A program made the translations under genes and the position numbers. DNA of 64,000 nucleotides from a virus. The notes beneath the pieces are model-generated. The model was given only the letters and a program-made list of their open reading frames with translations, was not told the DNA's origin and searched no databases. Positions within the stretch are counted from its first letter, which is position 1. Each line of letters begins with the position of its first letter. Below, one piece after another: positions 45,804 through 55,990 of the stretch. The stretch is taken from IMG/VR virus record IMGVR_UViG_3300050821_007134, positions 64,001 through 128,000 of that record. One strand, 5' to 3'.

Positions 45804-47351
45804 ATGGAATTAATTATTGAAAATCCCGTGAAGGCCGTCATTAAAGGGGCCGATGTACAAACCTTGATTGCTCTTAAAGAAGAGCTTACCTACGTTAATA
45901 CGGGGAATAAGCAACAACTTAAACGCCTGGTCCACAGTCAATGGGAGAAAAATAAAGATCCCGAGAAATGGGCTGCTGACATTGAATGGCTTAAGAACCA
46001 CATAACTAACGTCCTCATGTTTAAAGATCAACAAAATCAAGTATTTATACGTCCGGGTTCAATTTCATATTTAACACAATTTACAGATTACAATTTACAA
46101 ATTGTAAATCATGTGGAATATCCAACACCTAAGGCGGTGGCTTGGGCTCATAAGCTACCATTTGAATTACACGACTATCAACAAGAGAGTGTCGACAAGT
46201 TTATTGCGGTGCATCATGGCCATGTAGCACTTTGTACGGGGTCCGGAAAGAGCGCAATCATCCTAAAGTATTGTAGAGAGACAGGTTTTCGGACTGCCAT
46301 TGTAGCACCTTCATCTAGCATTTTTAACGAGCTTTATGACAAATTTGAACATCATTTAGGTCGAGTTCATACGGGCGGTTTCGGGGATGGTAAAAAGAAA
46401 CTGGACAAAAGATTTACAGTTTGCATTGGCGATAGTTTGGTCAATATAGAAGAGGGCAGCGAAGAATGGGAATTTTTCAGTAACCTCGATGCCATCGTTG
46501 TCGACGAAAGCCATACATGGGCCGCTGAAACTCTTGACAAACTTTGTCATGGCCTTTTCGCGAAAGTCCCGAATCGTATCTTCTTAAGTGGTACGCAGGT
46601 TCGCGGAGACGGCGCCGGTAAGCTCCTGGAGAGCATCATTGGCCCAAGGCAGGTAGAACTCACCACTGAAGAGGCTATCAGGAAGGGTTACATTTGTGAC
46701 CACGATTTCTCGATTGTAGAGCTTGAGTCAAGTAATCCCAGTTATCAAAATGCCGATATAATGAAAATGAAGCGCGTTCACTTCCTAAACAATAGAAATA
46801 TCGCGGCCTTTACGGCCAAGTTCGCAAATGTTATGGCAGCTCAAGGATTACAAACTCTTGTTTTAGTTCAAGAATTAAGTCAAATTGCAATGTTCATAAA
46901 GCTGCTTAGGCCGGAAACGACGTTTGCTTATGCGCATAGTCAAACATCCAAAAAGGAACTTTTAAAAATAGGTCTTGAGCCGGTCGACAAAGAAGACGCA
47001 GTTGAAAGATTTAATAAAAATGAGATCAAGGTCCTAATAGGAACAAGCTGTATCGCCACGGGAACCAATATATTCCCCATGAGACATACATTCAATTGGG
47101 TCGGAGGATCTTCCGAGATCAACGCGAAACAGGGGGCCGTAGGCCGCACAGTTCGCCTGTGGGAACATAACCCCTGGAAAGACAAATGCGTGAGACATAC
47201 CAAAAAGACGATCTGGGATTTCGATGTCTATGATATAGATGCATTAGGACACCAACTGGTTAAAAGAATTGAATATTATAGAGATTCTGGAACCGAAATC
47301 AAAAGGATCAATTTAAGTGGCAAAACAAAAGCGTCAGGAGAGGTTCGATGA
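45804..47351 (+). CDS. superfamily 2 DNA helicase (UvsW-like)
   Basis: TGSGKS, VVDESH, SGT, TGTNI, QGAVGRTVR. Confidence 0.85.
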   Translation: MELIIENPVKAVIKGADVQTLIALKEELTYVNTGNKQQLKRLVHSQWEKNKDPEKWAADIEWLKNHITNVLMFKDQQNQVFIRPGSISYLTQFTDYNLQIVNHVEYPTPKAVAWAHKLPFELHDYQQESVDKFIAVHHGHVALCTGSGKSAIILKYCRETGFRTAIVAPSSSIFNELYDKFEHHLGRVHTGGFGDGKKKLDKRFTVCIGDSLVNIEEGSEEWEFFSNLDAIVVDESHTWAAETLDKLCHGLFAKVPNRIFLSGTQVRGDGAGKLLESIIGPRQVELTTEEAIRKGYICDHDFSIVELESSNPSYQNADIMKMKRVHFLNNRNIAAFTAKFANVMAAQGLQTLVLVQELSQIAMFIKLLRPETTFAYAHSQTSKKELLKIGLEPVDKEDAVERFNKNEIKVLIGTSCIATGTNIFPMRHTFNWVGGSSEINAKQGAVGRTVRLWEHNPWKDKCVRHTKKTIWDFDVYDIDALGHQLVKRIEYYRDSGTEIKRINLSGKTKASGEVR

Positions 47352-48351
47352 TTCCTTCTATAAATTAGCCGCTGAGGTTACCCGATCGCTTGAAAAAAAC
47401 AAGCTTGACGGTACTATCCAAGAACAGCAAGTAGAAGAGCTTTTAGATGCCGAATTAAAATTCAAAGAAGACATCCTAAGATACCGACAATCCTCAAAAA
47501 TTTACGTAAAATTCCTAAATAAGATCTGTGAAACTAACCGAAATATTTTATCCGCAAGGCCCTATTTTCGGGAAACTGCGCCCACATTTTCCAAAAAAAT
47601 CACTCCGGCCATTAAAACAAAAGATATCACAATTCTCAAGACTTTTAATATAAATTATCAATTTATTAAGTTCATCAGAGAAAATTGGCTTGGTCCATTC
47701 CCTAAGAGAGCCCAGGAACTTTATGAAAGGGTTTTCACAGCCCGAACCAAGTTGATTGAAAATAACATGCCTTTGGCGATAAACCGCGCAAAGTTGTTCT
47801 ATCGTAAGACTCCAAAAAGTCATCTGACTTTGATGGACTTTATCGGAATCTGTTCCATGGGTCTGGCCGCTGGTATCGATAAATGGTGCGGCAAATATTC
47901 TCCGGTCTTCCGTTCCGTGTGTATTGGTCGCATGGTTGGAAATATGATTGACAGTTATAGCGAAACGATGTTACATTTCTACCCATCAGACAAAAGGGTG
48001 CTCTATAAAGCCCACACAATTCGAGGCCGAAAAGGAATAGAAAAGATTGACAATTTAACTACTGCGGTCAATAATGCCTTCAAACAGGATCAAATTGACG
48101 GTAAAACAATTCCGAAAGATGAAATTAACGTGAGCGAACTTAGCGCCCTTATGAATGCAGCCAGTACAGTGTCAGCGGACGCAACAGTTAACGACGAAGG
48201 TTATGGTGTTTATGCATATACGGAAGATACGACTCAAGACACGGAAGCGTCCTACATTAAAAAAGAAGCTACTGAGAGGATGCTCCACTGTGCGAAAGAT
48301 CTTCCAATCCTTCATAAAAAAGTTCTTAGGCTAAAAGGCGTTAAGATATGA
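47317..48351 (+). CDS. phage RNA polymerase sigma factor (sigma70 region 2; truncated in region 4)
   Basis: ARTKLIENNMPLAINRAK...MDFIGICSMGLAAGIDKW...FRSV; ends LPILHKKVLRLKGVKI. Confidence 0.75.
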   Translation: MAKQKRQERFDDSFYKLAAEVTRSLEKNKLDGTIQEQQVEELLDAELKFKEDILRYRQSSKIYVKFLNKICETNRNILSARPYFRETAPTFSKKITPAIKTKDITILKTFNINYQFIKFIRENWLGPFPKRAQELYERVFTARTKLIENNMPLAINRAKLFYRKTPKSHLTLMDFIGICSMGLAAGIDKWCGKYSPVFRSVCIGRMVGNMIDSYSETMLHFYPSDKRVLYKAHTIRGRKGIEKIDNLTTAVNNAFKQDQIDGKTIPKDEINVSELSALMNAASTVSADATVNDEGYGVYAYTEDTTQDTEASYIKKEATERMLHCAKDLPILHKKVLRLKGVKI

Positions 48352-48689
48352 AGTTCCGAAAGAAACCAGTTGTCATAGAAGCCTTTCAATGGTTCATGAA
48401 TGGTGATCATCCTGAAGATGATGTTTTTAGACCGTTCGAAGATACCGGCGTAGTTCCAAAGGCACCAAGAGAAGGTAAAATTGTTAGATACTTTAGACAT
48501 CCTGATATGCCTGGCAATGTAGTCTGCGGAAACTGTGAACAGACCATGCACTTTCATGGCTGGATTGATACACTTGAAGGCGGACACAATGTATGCCCAG
48601 GTGATTGGATTATTACCGGAGTCAAGGGCGAACGATATCCCTGCAAACCGGACATTTTTGAAATGACTTATGAAAGGGTAGAAGAATGA
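48348..48689 (+). CDS. conserved phage protein (PGDYG-like)
   Basis: FRKKPVVIEA...TLEG...PGDWIITGVKGERYPCKPDIF..TYE. Confidence 0.7.
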   Translation: MKFRKKPVVIEAFQWFMNGDHPEDDVFRPFEDTGVVPKAPREGKIVRYFRHPDMPGNVVCGNCEQTMHFHGWIDTLEGGHNVCPGDWIITGVKGERYPCKPDIFEMTYERVEE

Positions 48690-49093
48690 GCGACAAAGAT
48701 TTGGCCGGTAATGGGCCTGAATATCAAATGGATAAAAAAGATACACCAGAAAAAGGATCATACGACAGATATGTAGCTCCTCCGTTTTCTATCAACAACA
48801 AATTCATAGTGGAAGCCTACAATAGCGATAGAGCCCTAAAATCTGTTGAACGCAATGGTTTTGCTATGGTCTCTCAGAAAGTTATGGTCGTTGGCCTTAA
48901 GCTTCTTCTAGATGCGGTCATTAAAGATTATTCGGAGACTTCTCGTTTGGTCCCAAAGGGATCTTTGATCTATGTTAAAGAAGAACTTTTACATACCAAT
49001 CCTGGAATCAAAAGAATATTTGAAAGTGATGCCGTTGAAGGCAAATTTAACATCCTAGAAATGTCTTGGGTTGAATTCGTGGTGCCGCGATGA
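48686..49093 (+). CDS. possible GroES/gp31-like co-chaperonin
   Basis: by-eye alignment to GroES strands (INNKFIVE, NGFAM, VPKGSLIYV, FNILEMSWVEFV). Confidence 0.4.
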   Translation: MSDKDLAGNGPEYQMDKKDTPEKGSYDRYVAPPFSINNKFIVEAYNSDRALKSVERNGFAMVSQKVMVVGLKLLLDAVIKDYSETSRLVPKGSLIYVKEELLHTNPGIKRIFESDAVEGKFNILEMSWVEFVVPR

Positions 49094-49335
49094 AAAACTT
49101 AGCGCCGACAATTACAAAAAATAAGCCATATAGAGAGTATGATTTTGCCGATGCCAATGGCAAGACTTTATCCGGTTTCAAAAAAGGCAAACTTGTTTAT
49201 GCCGTTTTGGTTCCATATAAAGGAAAAGGAACTCCTAAAGTTATACTTCATGAAGCCCTTCTTATGGGCGAAGAAGCTTCCTTTGGGTATGGCGGAGGCA
49301 AAGCCTGGGTTTTAAAGCCTAAGAGCAAAAGATGA
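49090..49335 (+). CDS. hypothetical protein
   Basis: coupled ORF. Confidence 0.5.
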   Translation: MKNLAPTITKNKPYREYDFADANGKTLSGFKKGKLVYAVLVPYKGKGTPKVILHEALLMGEEASFGYGGGKAWVLKPKSKR

Positions 49336-50339
49336 AAGTGTTGCGGATTGGGGACCCCCATGTAAAATTTAACAATCTCGAAGACTGTGAAAAGCTGATG
49401 CACTTCATAGTTGATATTATTCTCAAGTATAGCCCAGATCGTGTTGAAATCCTTGGTGATTTATTCCATACTCACTACATTGTACGCCTGGAAGTCCTTG
49501 ATTTCTGGGATGCATGGCTCGATGTTCTAAGCGATGCCTGCGATGTTGTTGTCTTAGAAGGCAATCACGATCAGCTTGGTGATACAGACGCAAGTATGGG
49601 TACCATCCGCGTGTTCAAACGTTTGGCTCAGAATAAGATCCTGAAGAAGAGCCGTACCAGACTGAGAATTGTGGATTGTCCCCAGTACGATGGAATTATA
49701 GCATATATGCCATATGTCCATGATAAGGCCAAGTTTGTCGACATGGCCAATTCAATGGCTTCAGACGCAGGATGTAAAGTTCTCGTTTGCCATCAAACAT
49801 TCGAGGGCGCTACTTATGAAAATGGCATGTATGCTCCAGACGGTATTAATCTTTCCGACCTAAAATACGATGTCGTAATAAGCGGACATATCCATACATA
49901 TCAACGGTTTGGCAATCTCATCTACCCCGGAACTATGAAGTGGGATACGGCATCGGATGCAAACAAGGAAAAGGGCATTTGGCTCTATGAACATGACGAT
50001 GTAACTGGAAAAATTATCTCAGAAGAACTCATTAGGACCCATGGAGTTATTCCTCCGTTGGTCAGCATAACTTGGATTGAAGGACAGGAACAGCTTGCGA
50101 TCCCCAGCGGCGCCCGAGTGACCATCGAACTTATCGGCAGTTCCGAATGGGTCAATAAACAGAAGAATGAGCTTAAAGGCTTTGTAAGCATCAAGTCAAA
50201 AATCACAGACCGAGCCCGGCCCGAAAATAGAAAGACCGGAAAGAACTTGGAAGAATTTGTTAGAGATCATTTCGAGCCCATTGAAGGCGTTTCTAAAGAC
50301 GAACTTTTAGCCTACATGAAGGGAAGTTTAAATGTCTGA
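49332..50339 (+). CDS. SbcD/Mre11-like metallophosphoesterase nuclease
   Basis: GDPH, GDLFH, GNHD, CHQ, SGHIH, YPG. Confidence 0.85.
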   Translation: MKVLRIGDPHVKFNNLEDCEKLMHFIVDIILKYSPDRVEILGDLFHTHYIVRLEVLDFWDAWLDVLSDACDVVVLEGNHDQLGDTDASMGTIRVFKRLAQNKILKKSRTRLRIVDCPQYDGIIAYMPYVHDKAKFVDMANSMASDAGCKVLVCHQTFEGATYENGMYAPDGINLSDLKYDVVISGHIHTYQRFGNLIYPGTMKWDTASDANKEKGIWLYEHDDVTGKIISEELIRTHGVIPPLVSITWIEGQEQLAIPSGARVTIELIGSSEWVNKQKNELKGFVSIKSKITDRARPENRKTGKNLEEFVRDHFEPIEGVSKDELLAYMKGSLNV

Positions 50340-50748
50340 CGAAAAGATGACACCTGAAAAGATCAAAGATATGGCTAAGTTGGTTCATCTTAGCGGACGC
50401 ATCAGCGAATTCCATGAGAAGAATCTGAAAATGTATCCTTATGTATTTTTTGACGGCGTACTCGAAGCAAAAATAGAATATGACTTTTCCCATAGGCCAT
50501 CAGATAGCGGTCCAAAGGAATCTCCTAAAACTCCAGATGAATTCTATAAAGAGATTGGTCGGGCTGCCATGAACATGAGGTCTGATTCCTATGTGGCCTA
50601 TAGACTTAAAATTAACGATAATCCTATGCAACCCCATATGGATAAAAGATTTGATGCTCTTGAAAAATCAGTAAGGAGCCTTTTCTGGAACGATGTTATA
50701 GTAAAGGTTTACTTTAACGACAAAATAGTGTATGAGTCACGTAAATGA
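50332..50748 (+). CDS. hypothetical protein
   Basis: coupled ORF. Confidence 0.6.
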   Translation: MSDEKMTPEKIKDMAKLVHLSGRISEFHEKNLKMYPYVFFDGVLEAKIEYDFSHRPSDSGPKESPKTPDEFYKEIGRAAMNMRSDSYVAYRLKINDNPMQPHMDKRFDALEKSVRSLFWNDVIVKVYFNDKIVYESRK

Positions 50749-50827
50749 TTAAAGATATAGCGGTAATGGCAGTTGCTTTACTTTCAGTGGTTGCATTCTT
50801 TACTGCATTCCCAGGAAAGAAGAAGAG

Positions 50828-51532
50828 ATGAGCAAGCTACCAGAGAAGAAAGAAACGTTGCCTGAACCTACTACCGACATCGGCGAAGGCGACATGAACC
50901 GTCTCACGGCTTTCCTAGAAGCTGGATTGCCAGGTATTGTCAATTTGACCCAAGAAAAGATAAATGACATGCTAGAACTTTACATGGACGGCGCCAGCTA
51001 TTCCAGTCTTGCTATGGACATGAAGGTAAAAAAAGAACTCGTTCTTTATGCAGCGTATAAAGGTGATTGGTTCGCGGTTAGAAAAGACCATTTGGCAGAA
51101 TTATCCAGCCAATTGGCACAGACTGTAGCGGCCACTAAAATAAGAAATAGAATCACCATGAAAAAGGCCATTGATCATAAGCGTAGGATTTTAGACGATC
51201 TCATTGGCTATTATAATAGAACTAGGGACCGCATCACCAAAGAAGAGATTGATAAAGAAACCATGGCCTATGCCAAATTGGTTGAACAATACGAAAAACT
51301 CGAAAGCGATGAGTCGAACAAAGCTCCTAAAACCCCTCCATTTGGCCTTCAGGTTGGAGCCACAGGCGTTAAAATTACTAATAACCAAACCGGTCAATCA
51401 GTGGATGTAACCCCTAAAAAGGAGAGTCCGGGTGCTGCCCTCGAACGTATGGCAGAAGAGGAACGGGAAGAGGAACGACGTAAAAAGAATGAGAAAATTG
51501 TTGACAGTACTGATATAAAAGAAGAAAATTGA
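50828..51532 (+). CDS. HTH plus coiled-coil protein (possible terminase small subunit)
   Basis: LYMDGASYSSLAMDMKVKKELV..AAYKGDW HTH-like segment followed by helices. Confidence 0.4.
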   Translation: MSKLPEKKETLPEPTTDIGEGDMNRLTAFLEAGLPGIVNLTQEKINDMLELYMDGASYSSLAMDMKVKKELVLYAAYKGDWFAVRKDHLAELSSQLAQTVAATKIRNRITMKKAIDHKRRILDDLIGYYNRTRDRITKEEIDKETMAYAKLVEQYEKLESDESNKAPKTPPFGLQVGATGVKITNNQTGQSVDVTPKKESPGAALERMAEEEREEERRKKNEKIVDSTDIKEEN

Positions 51533-51564
51533 ACTTTAAAGAACTTTTTAGGAAAGAGGAAAAA

Positions 51565-52551
51565 ATGAAAAATCTACTGATCGCATTATGTCTTATTTTC
51601 GGCGCCCAGGCGTTCGCCGGAGATCAGATCACACTAACTGTGGACAACACAATCGCCATTAACGATGAGTTTGACGGACATTCAGTCTCTCAAATCATCA
51701 AAAAGGCACGGGAATTGGATGCCAGAATTCCATCTGGAGATGCCCTTTATCTCGTAATCAACAGCCCAGGCGGCAGCATTGAAGACGGATTGGAACTCAT
51801 CGAGAACCTTTCTAACCTCAAACGCCCCGTAATCACAATCACCTTATTCTCGGCCAGTATGGGATTCCAGACTGTACAAGCATTGGGCGAGCGATACATC
51901 ACAAATATGGGAACCCTCATGTCACACAGAGCAGCCGGTGGATTCTGGGGCCAAATTCCAGGTTCATTAGGAACTCGATACGCTTTCTATTTAAGACGCG
52001 TACAAAAACTTGACGAAAATGCAGTCAAGCGATCCAAAGGAAAACTTACAATGGCAACTTATGCCACTCTCATTCAGGATGAATACTGGTGTGAAGGCCA
52101 AGACTGTATCGACAAAGGTCTAGCCGATAAAATCGTATCTCCTCAGTGCGACAAGAGTTTGACTGGGACAACGAGTGTTTCAATTTTCCAAGCTCTTATG
52201 GGCGCGGTAGTTGAAATTTTCGCAGACTATGATAACTGTCCACTTAACACTAACGTCTTGAAGTACACCCTTTTGGTGAACGGCGAACCACTCTTTAAAG
52301 ACGGCGTCAGCATCGAAGAACTTCACAGACTTTTGGGCCAAAAAGAACAGAAAGAAAAAGAAGCGGCTAAAGCCAAAGAATCCTCTGGTATTTTCAGCTC
52401 TTCTTACTTTTCGTCATCTAGCTATGACTATTCTTCTTCTCCCAAGACTCCCATTGATTCTCTGACCAAAGAGCAAATCCTTGAGATCTGGACCAAGTAT
52501 CAAGAAGTTAAGAAAAAGAAAGAAAACCGCGACGTTATCAAAGGTTACTAA
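51565..52551 (+). CDS. ClpP-like serine protease with signal peptide (start MKNLLIAL at 51565)
   Basis: INSPGGS, SASMG, LMSH, DEYW...GLADKI; N-terminal AQAFA signal; GAGGA RBS. Confidence 0.75.
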   Translation: MKNLLIALCLIFGAQAFAGDQITLTVDNTIAINDEFDGHSVSQIIKKARELDARIPSGDALYLVINSPGGSIEDGLELIENLSNLKRPVITITLFSASMGFQTVQALGERYITNMGTLMSHRAAGGFWGQIPGSLGTRYAFYLRRVQKLDENAVKRSKGKLTMATYATLIQDEYWCEGQDCIDKGLADKIVSPQCDKSLTGTTSVSIFQALMGAVVEIFADYDNCPLNTNVLKYTLLVNGEPLFKDGVSIEELHRLLGQKEQKEKEAAKAKESSGIFSSSYFSSSSYDYSSSPKTPIDSLTKEQILEIWTKYQEVKKKKENRDVIKGY

Positions 52552-52799
52552 TGCCTATCATCGCGTACTCTTGCGAGTGCAAACACTCTGTTAAAAAGTT
52601 CTACCGGTCGGCGAAAGACTCGCCGACCGTTCTTATTTGCGATAAATGTCAAAAAGAAATGAAAAAACAGTTGTCTTCTCCCTCATCTGTGTCTAAGATA
52701 GTAGTAGACAATGGGGTTCAGGCCCGCTCGGTAGAAATCATACCGAACATTGTCGAGCTTAATCAGGAAAGAGCCTCCAAAAATTACAAGGGAGACTAA
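52551..52799 (+). CDS. FmdB-like zinc-ribbon protein
   Basis: MPIIAYSCECKH...CDKC..EMKKQLS. Confidence 0.7.
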   Translation: MPIIAYSCECKHSVKKFYRSAKDSPTVLICDKCQKEMKKQLSSPSSVSKIVVDNGVQARSVEIIPNIVELNQERASKNYKGD

Positions 52800-54956
52800 G
52801 TGTTAAAACTCAAAACTCTACGCATTCGTGCCGTAGGCCGATTCGTGGATCTCCAGACTATCAATGTTGATGCTCTAGGGAATTTCGTACAAGTAGATGG
52901 CGATAATAAAAACACTGGCGGTTCCAGCGGAGCAGCTAAAACTACCTTATTCAGGGCTCATGATTACCTTCTAGGCGTTAGTGATATCCCCTCCACGATT
53001 TTACAATCTAGACTTACAAAAGAAGGAATGCTCGTAGAAGGAGACTATGATTGGGACGGACGAGATCTCACAATTTCTCGTGGTAAAAAAGAGGGTCTAA
53101 CAATCACAGTAGACGGAGAAGTTAAATCCGGCAGTGTTAAACTCTTAGAAGAAGAACTCGATAAAATTCTAGCTGTCCCCAGAGATTTATTCAGACAGAT
53201 GTTTCATAAACGACAGTTCGCCAGGGGATTCTTTTTGAGTATGACTCCCAAAGAAACCTATGAATTCCTAACAAGTTGTCTCGGATTAGAAAAAGAAAAA
53301 GCTAAAGTTGACGATCAAGAAAAAGACATTAAAAAATTCACAGAGCATAAAGAATTTTTAAATAAATCCTTAGAGATTCAAAAACAGGGCAAGAAGGCTA
53401 CAGAAGATGCCCTCTTATCTTTTGGTCTCGGACCCGTAAAGGACATGCACGAAGAAGTTGTTGCGTCTCTATTGGAAAAAGTAAATTCATCAAGACAAGC
53501 CCTATCAATGGTAGAATACGGCCACAGTAAAGAACTAGAAAAATTAATAGCTACAAAGCCATCTTATAAGGCTACGCCGTTTACTTCTGAATCATTTACT
53601 GTCGTTCCTTTCGACCGCACCACTTTAAATAAATGTGAAGCGGCAATGAAAGTCCTCGGCAATAAAATGAGTATTGCCGTAAAAGCCGAAAATGACAGAC
53701 AAGCCGAAGTAATGAAAGATATTTCTGAGGCCAAACTTAGATTGGCCGAATATTCTCAAGTCGTAGTCGATAGCGAAAAAGCTAAAATTGATGCTGCGAC
53801 TAAGGCTTCACAAATCAAAACTATTCGCGATAGTTTCTGCCCGACATGCGAACAGACATGGATAAATGAAAAAGCTAAAGCAAAAGAACAGAAACTTTTA
53901 GCTGAAGTTTTGGAACTTAAAAAATTAATTATGGCCGGTTCTGAAGCTGAAAAAATAGTTACAATCATCAAAGGGAATATTGATCGCTTGGTCTTGGACT
54001 CTACTCTTAAAAAATCTCCCGAATTCTTAGAAATTGTTGCTAACCAGACCAGACTTAATCAAATGATTTCTGCCGAAATGAACAAGGAATTTGCTCATTC
54101 CGATGCCCAAAGACAAGCTCAGAGAGACCATGATTTAAAGGAATCTAGGAGAAGTCACGCCCATAACGAAGCTGAAACCAGCCAAAATCGCGCCATTATG
54201 GCGGAATACACTCAAAGAGAGAATGATCTTAGGGCCAAACACAAGAGCGAGATCCAACAGGCCGCTGGACAGCTAGATATCGATTCTAGAGCCCATATGG
54301 CAGCCGAAGAGAAGCTTAGGGCTTACAGGACTGCAAAGACCTCCTATGACGCCTCTGTAGGCCGAATGAAGAGCCAATATGATGGCTATGCAATGGCAGT
54401 CGAGGCTTTGTCCAAGGAATTGGAAAAGACAGCCAAAGATTTGATTCTGGCCGAAGAAGCCAAACGCGCCACGAAGAGCTATATTTCTCGATCATTTGAT
54501 GATGCCCTGAATACAATAAGCAACAATGCTACTGAGATGATTCGGCATATTCCAGTTATGGCCAACTGTACTATTCAATTAGAAGGTCTTAGAGAGACTA
54601 AGGATGGCAAAGTCAAAGAAGAAATTAACGCAGTCATCCATATGGATGGAGAAGAAAATATTCCAATCAAGAGTCTTTGCGGCGGCGAGGAAACTTCTTC
54701 TCATTTAGCGATTGACTTAGCGGTCATTGATCTGATAGAACAGAGGACAGCCAAAGGAATAAATATTTTTATTCTTGACGAACCCTTCACAGGGATGGAT
54801 ACTGTGTGTATTGAAATGGCCCTGGAAGTTTTAAAGAACTCGAACACTAACAAGAAACTGATTATCGTGGATCACAATCCTGAAGTTAAGCAAATGGTTC
54901 AAAGTAGATTAGTAGTGGTCCGCGATGGAACCACGAGTAACGTCGTTCAAGCATAG
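52800..54956 (+). CDS. SbcC/Rad50-like SMC ATPase
   Basis: Walker A GSSGAAKTT, CPTC zinc hook, LCGGE signature, ILDEP Walker B, long coiled coils. Confidence 0.88.
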   Translation: MLKLKTLRIRAVGRFVDLQTINVDALGNFVQVDGDNKNTGGSSGAAKTTLFRAHDYLLGVSDIPSTILQSRLTKEGMLVEGDYDWDGRDLTISRGKKEGLTITVDGEVKSGSVKLLEEELDKILAVPRDLFRQMFHKRQFARGFFLSMTPKETYEFLTSCLGLEKEKAKVDDQEKDIKKFTEHKEFLNKSLEIQKQGKKATEDALLSFGLGPVKDMHEEVVASLLEKVNSSRQALSMVEYGHSKELEKLIATKPSYKATPFTSESFTVVPFDRTTLNKCEAAMKVLGNKMSIAVKAENDRQAEVMKDISEAKLRLAEYSQVVVDSEKAKIDAATKASQIKTIRDSFCPTCEQTWINEKAKAKEQKLLAEVLELKKLIMAGSEAEKIVTIIKGNIDRLVLDSTLKKSPEFLEIVANQTRLNQMISAEMNKEFAHSDAQRQAQRDHDLKESRRSHAHNEAETSQNRAIMAEYTQRENDLRAKHKSEIQQAAGQLDIDSRAHMAAEEKLRAYRTAKTSYDASVGRMKSQYDGYAMAVEALSKELEKTAKDLILAEEAKRATKSYISRSFDDALNTISNNATEMIRHIPVMANCTIQLEGLRETKDGKVKEEINAVIHMDGEENIPIKSLCGGEETSSHLAIDLAVIDLIEQRTAKGINIFILDEPFTGMDTVCIEMALEVLKNSNTNKKLIIVDHNPEVKQMVQSRLVVVRDGTTSNVVQA

Positions 54957-54964
54957 GGGGAATA

Positions 54965-55198
54965 ATGACTCTAGAAGAAAAAATGCATAAATACAAAATT
55001 TATCACGAAATGACCGAAACAATTTATGAGTTAGAAGCTCACGCGAACAAATTAAAAAGAGAAAGAGACGAACTTATTACGGCATTGGGCTTAGAATACA
55101 ATATAGATTCAAACAAATTTACAGACGACAAAATACTTCAATCAGTTGTTTTTGAAGTTGGACAGACCGAACTCAAAAGGCGGTCTACAAATGTCTAA
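54965..55198 (+). CDS. hypothetical protein
   Basis: RBS, coupled run. Confidence 0.55.
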   Translation: MTLEEKMHKYKIYHEMTETIYELEAHANKLKRERDELITALGLEYNIDSNKFTDDKILQSVVFEVGQTELKRRSTNV

Positions 55199-55526
55199 CA
55201 AAGAACAAGTAGAACGTGACATTTCAGACTATTTGGAAAAAGAAGAAAACTTAACGGAGAACGATAAAAGAAAGTATTTACGAGCTTTATTTGAAAAACA
55301 CTTTGAATTCGACAAGTTAGATCATCTGTTAAATTATCACGATTTCCATGACATCATCAGTATGGCCAAAACAAATTATAATAATGTAAAGCTTGAAATT
55401 TCAGGCAGACAGTTGTATCCTTCTGAGGTCTCGCAAGTTGCCATTATCGAAGCGGTTGCGACCCATCTCAATGCTAAAGGCATTTTAAGAAAGATTGTAA
55501 AAATCGATTATAGGAGCCGACGATGA
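55191..55526 (+). CDS. hypothetical protein (probable start MSNKEQ)
   Basis: coupled run. Confidence 0.55.
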   Translation: MSNKEQVERDISDYLEKEENLTENDKRKYLRALFEKHFEFDKLDHLLNYHDFHDIISMAKTNYNNVKLEISGRQLYPSEVSQVAIIEAVATHLNAKGILRKIVKIDYRSRR

Positions 55527-55762
55527 AATATTTTTTGATTGGTCTAGTTTTCCTCATGGGTTGTACGGATGCAGAATTTGCCAATTTCACAAGTCTCGGT
55601 TCATCTGCACATATCACTTGCTACAGCGGAGATAAAGTTACTTATGATGGTATCTCAACTGGGAAAGTCTCTACAGTCACCCATTCAGATGGATGGCAGT
55701 TTAAGGATTCAAAAACTGGGAAGTTCATGCGTGTAAGCGGCCCCTGCGTAATTGAGAACTAA
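55523..55762 (+). CDS. putative lipoprotein
   Basis: MKYFLIGLVFLMGC lipobox-like signal. Confidence 0.6.
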   Translation: MKYFLIGLVFLMGCTDAEFANFTSLGSSAHITCYSGDKVTYDGISTGKVSTVTHSDGWQFKDSKTGKFMRVSGPCVIEN

Positions 55763-55990
55763 ATGAACGTACAAGATTTAGTGAATGCTCTCTTACAATT
55801 CCCTCCTACTATGGAAGTGTATTCCGTGCGAGAGGATTTCAGTAAAACGATAGAACGGTATTCACCAATTGAATCCGTTATGATTGGCGAGGCCGCAGTC
55901 GGCCAAGCTAAAGACGATCAAGGAAACGACAAAGCATTGTTCAAACAGGCCATTCTCATTAAGGGACTGGTCAAAAAGGAGACCAAATGA
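55763..55990 (+). CDS. hypothetical protein
   Basis: MNVQDLVNALLQFPPTMEV, a common phage small-protein start. Confidence 0.55.
   Translation: MNVQDLVNALLQFPPTMEVYSVREDFSKTIERYSPIESVMIGEAAVGQAKDDQGNDKALFKQAILIKGLVKKETK

Noticed and set aside
48348-48689. Calling the RKKPVVIEA protein a known nucleotide sponge (Tad/Acb)
   Set aside because: It does not match Tad1, Tad2 or Acb2 sequences as I recall them; no support without a search
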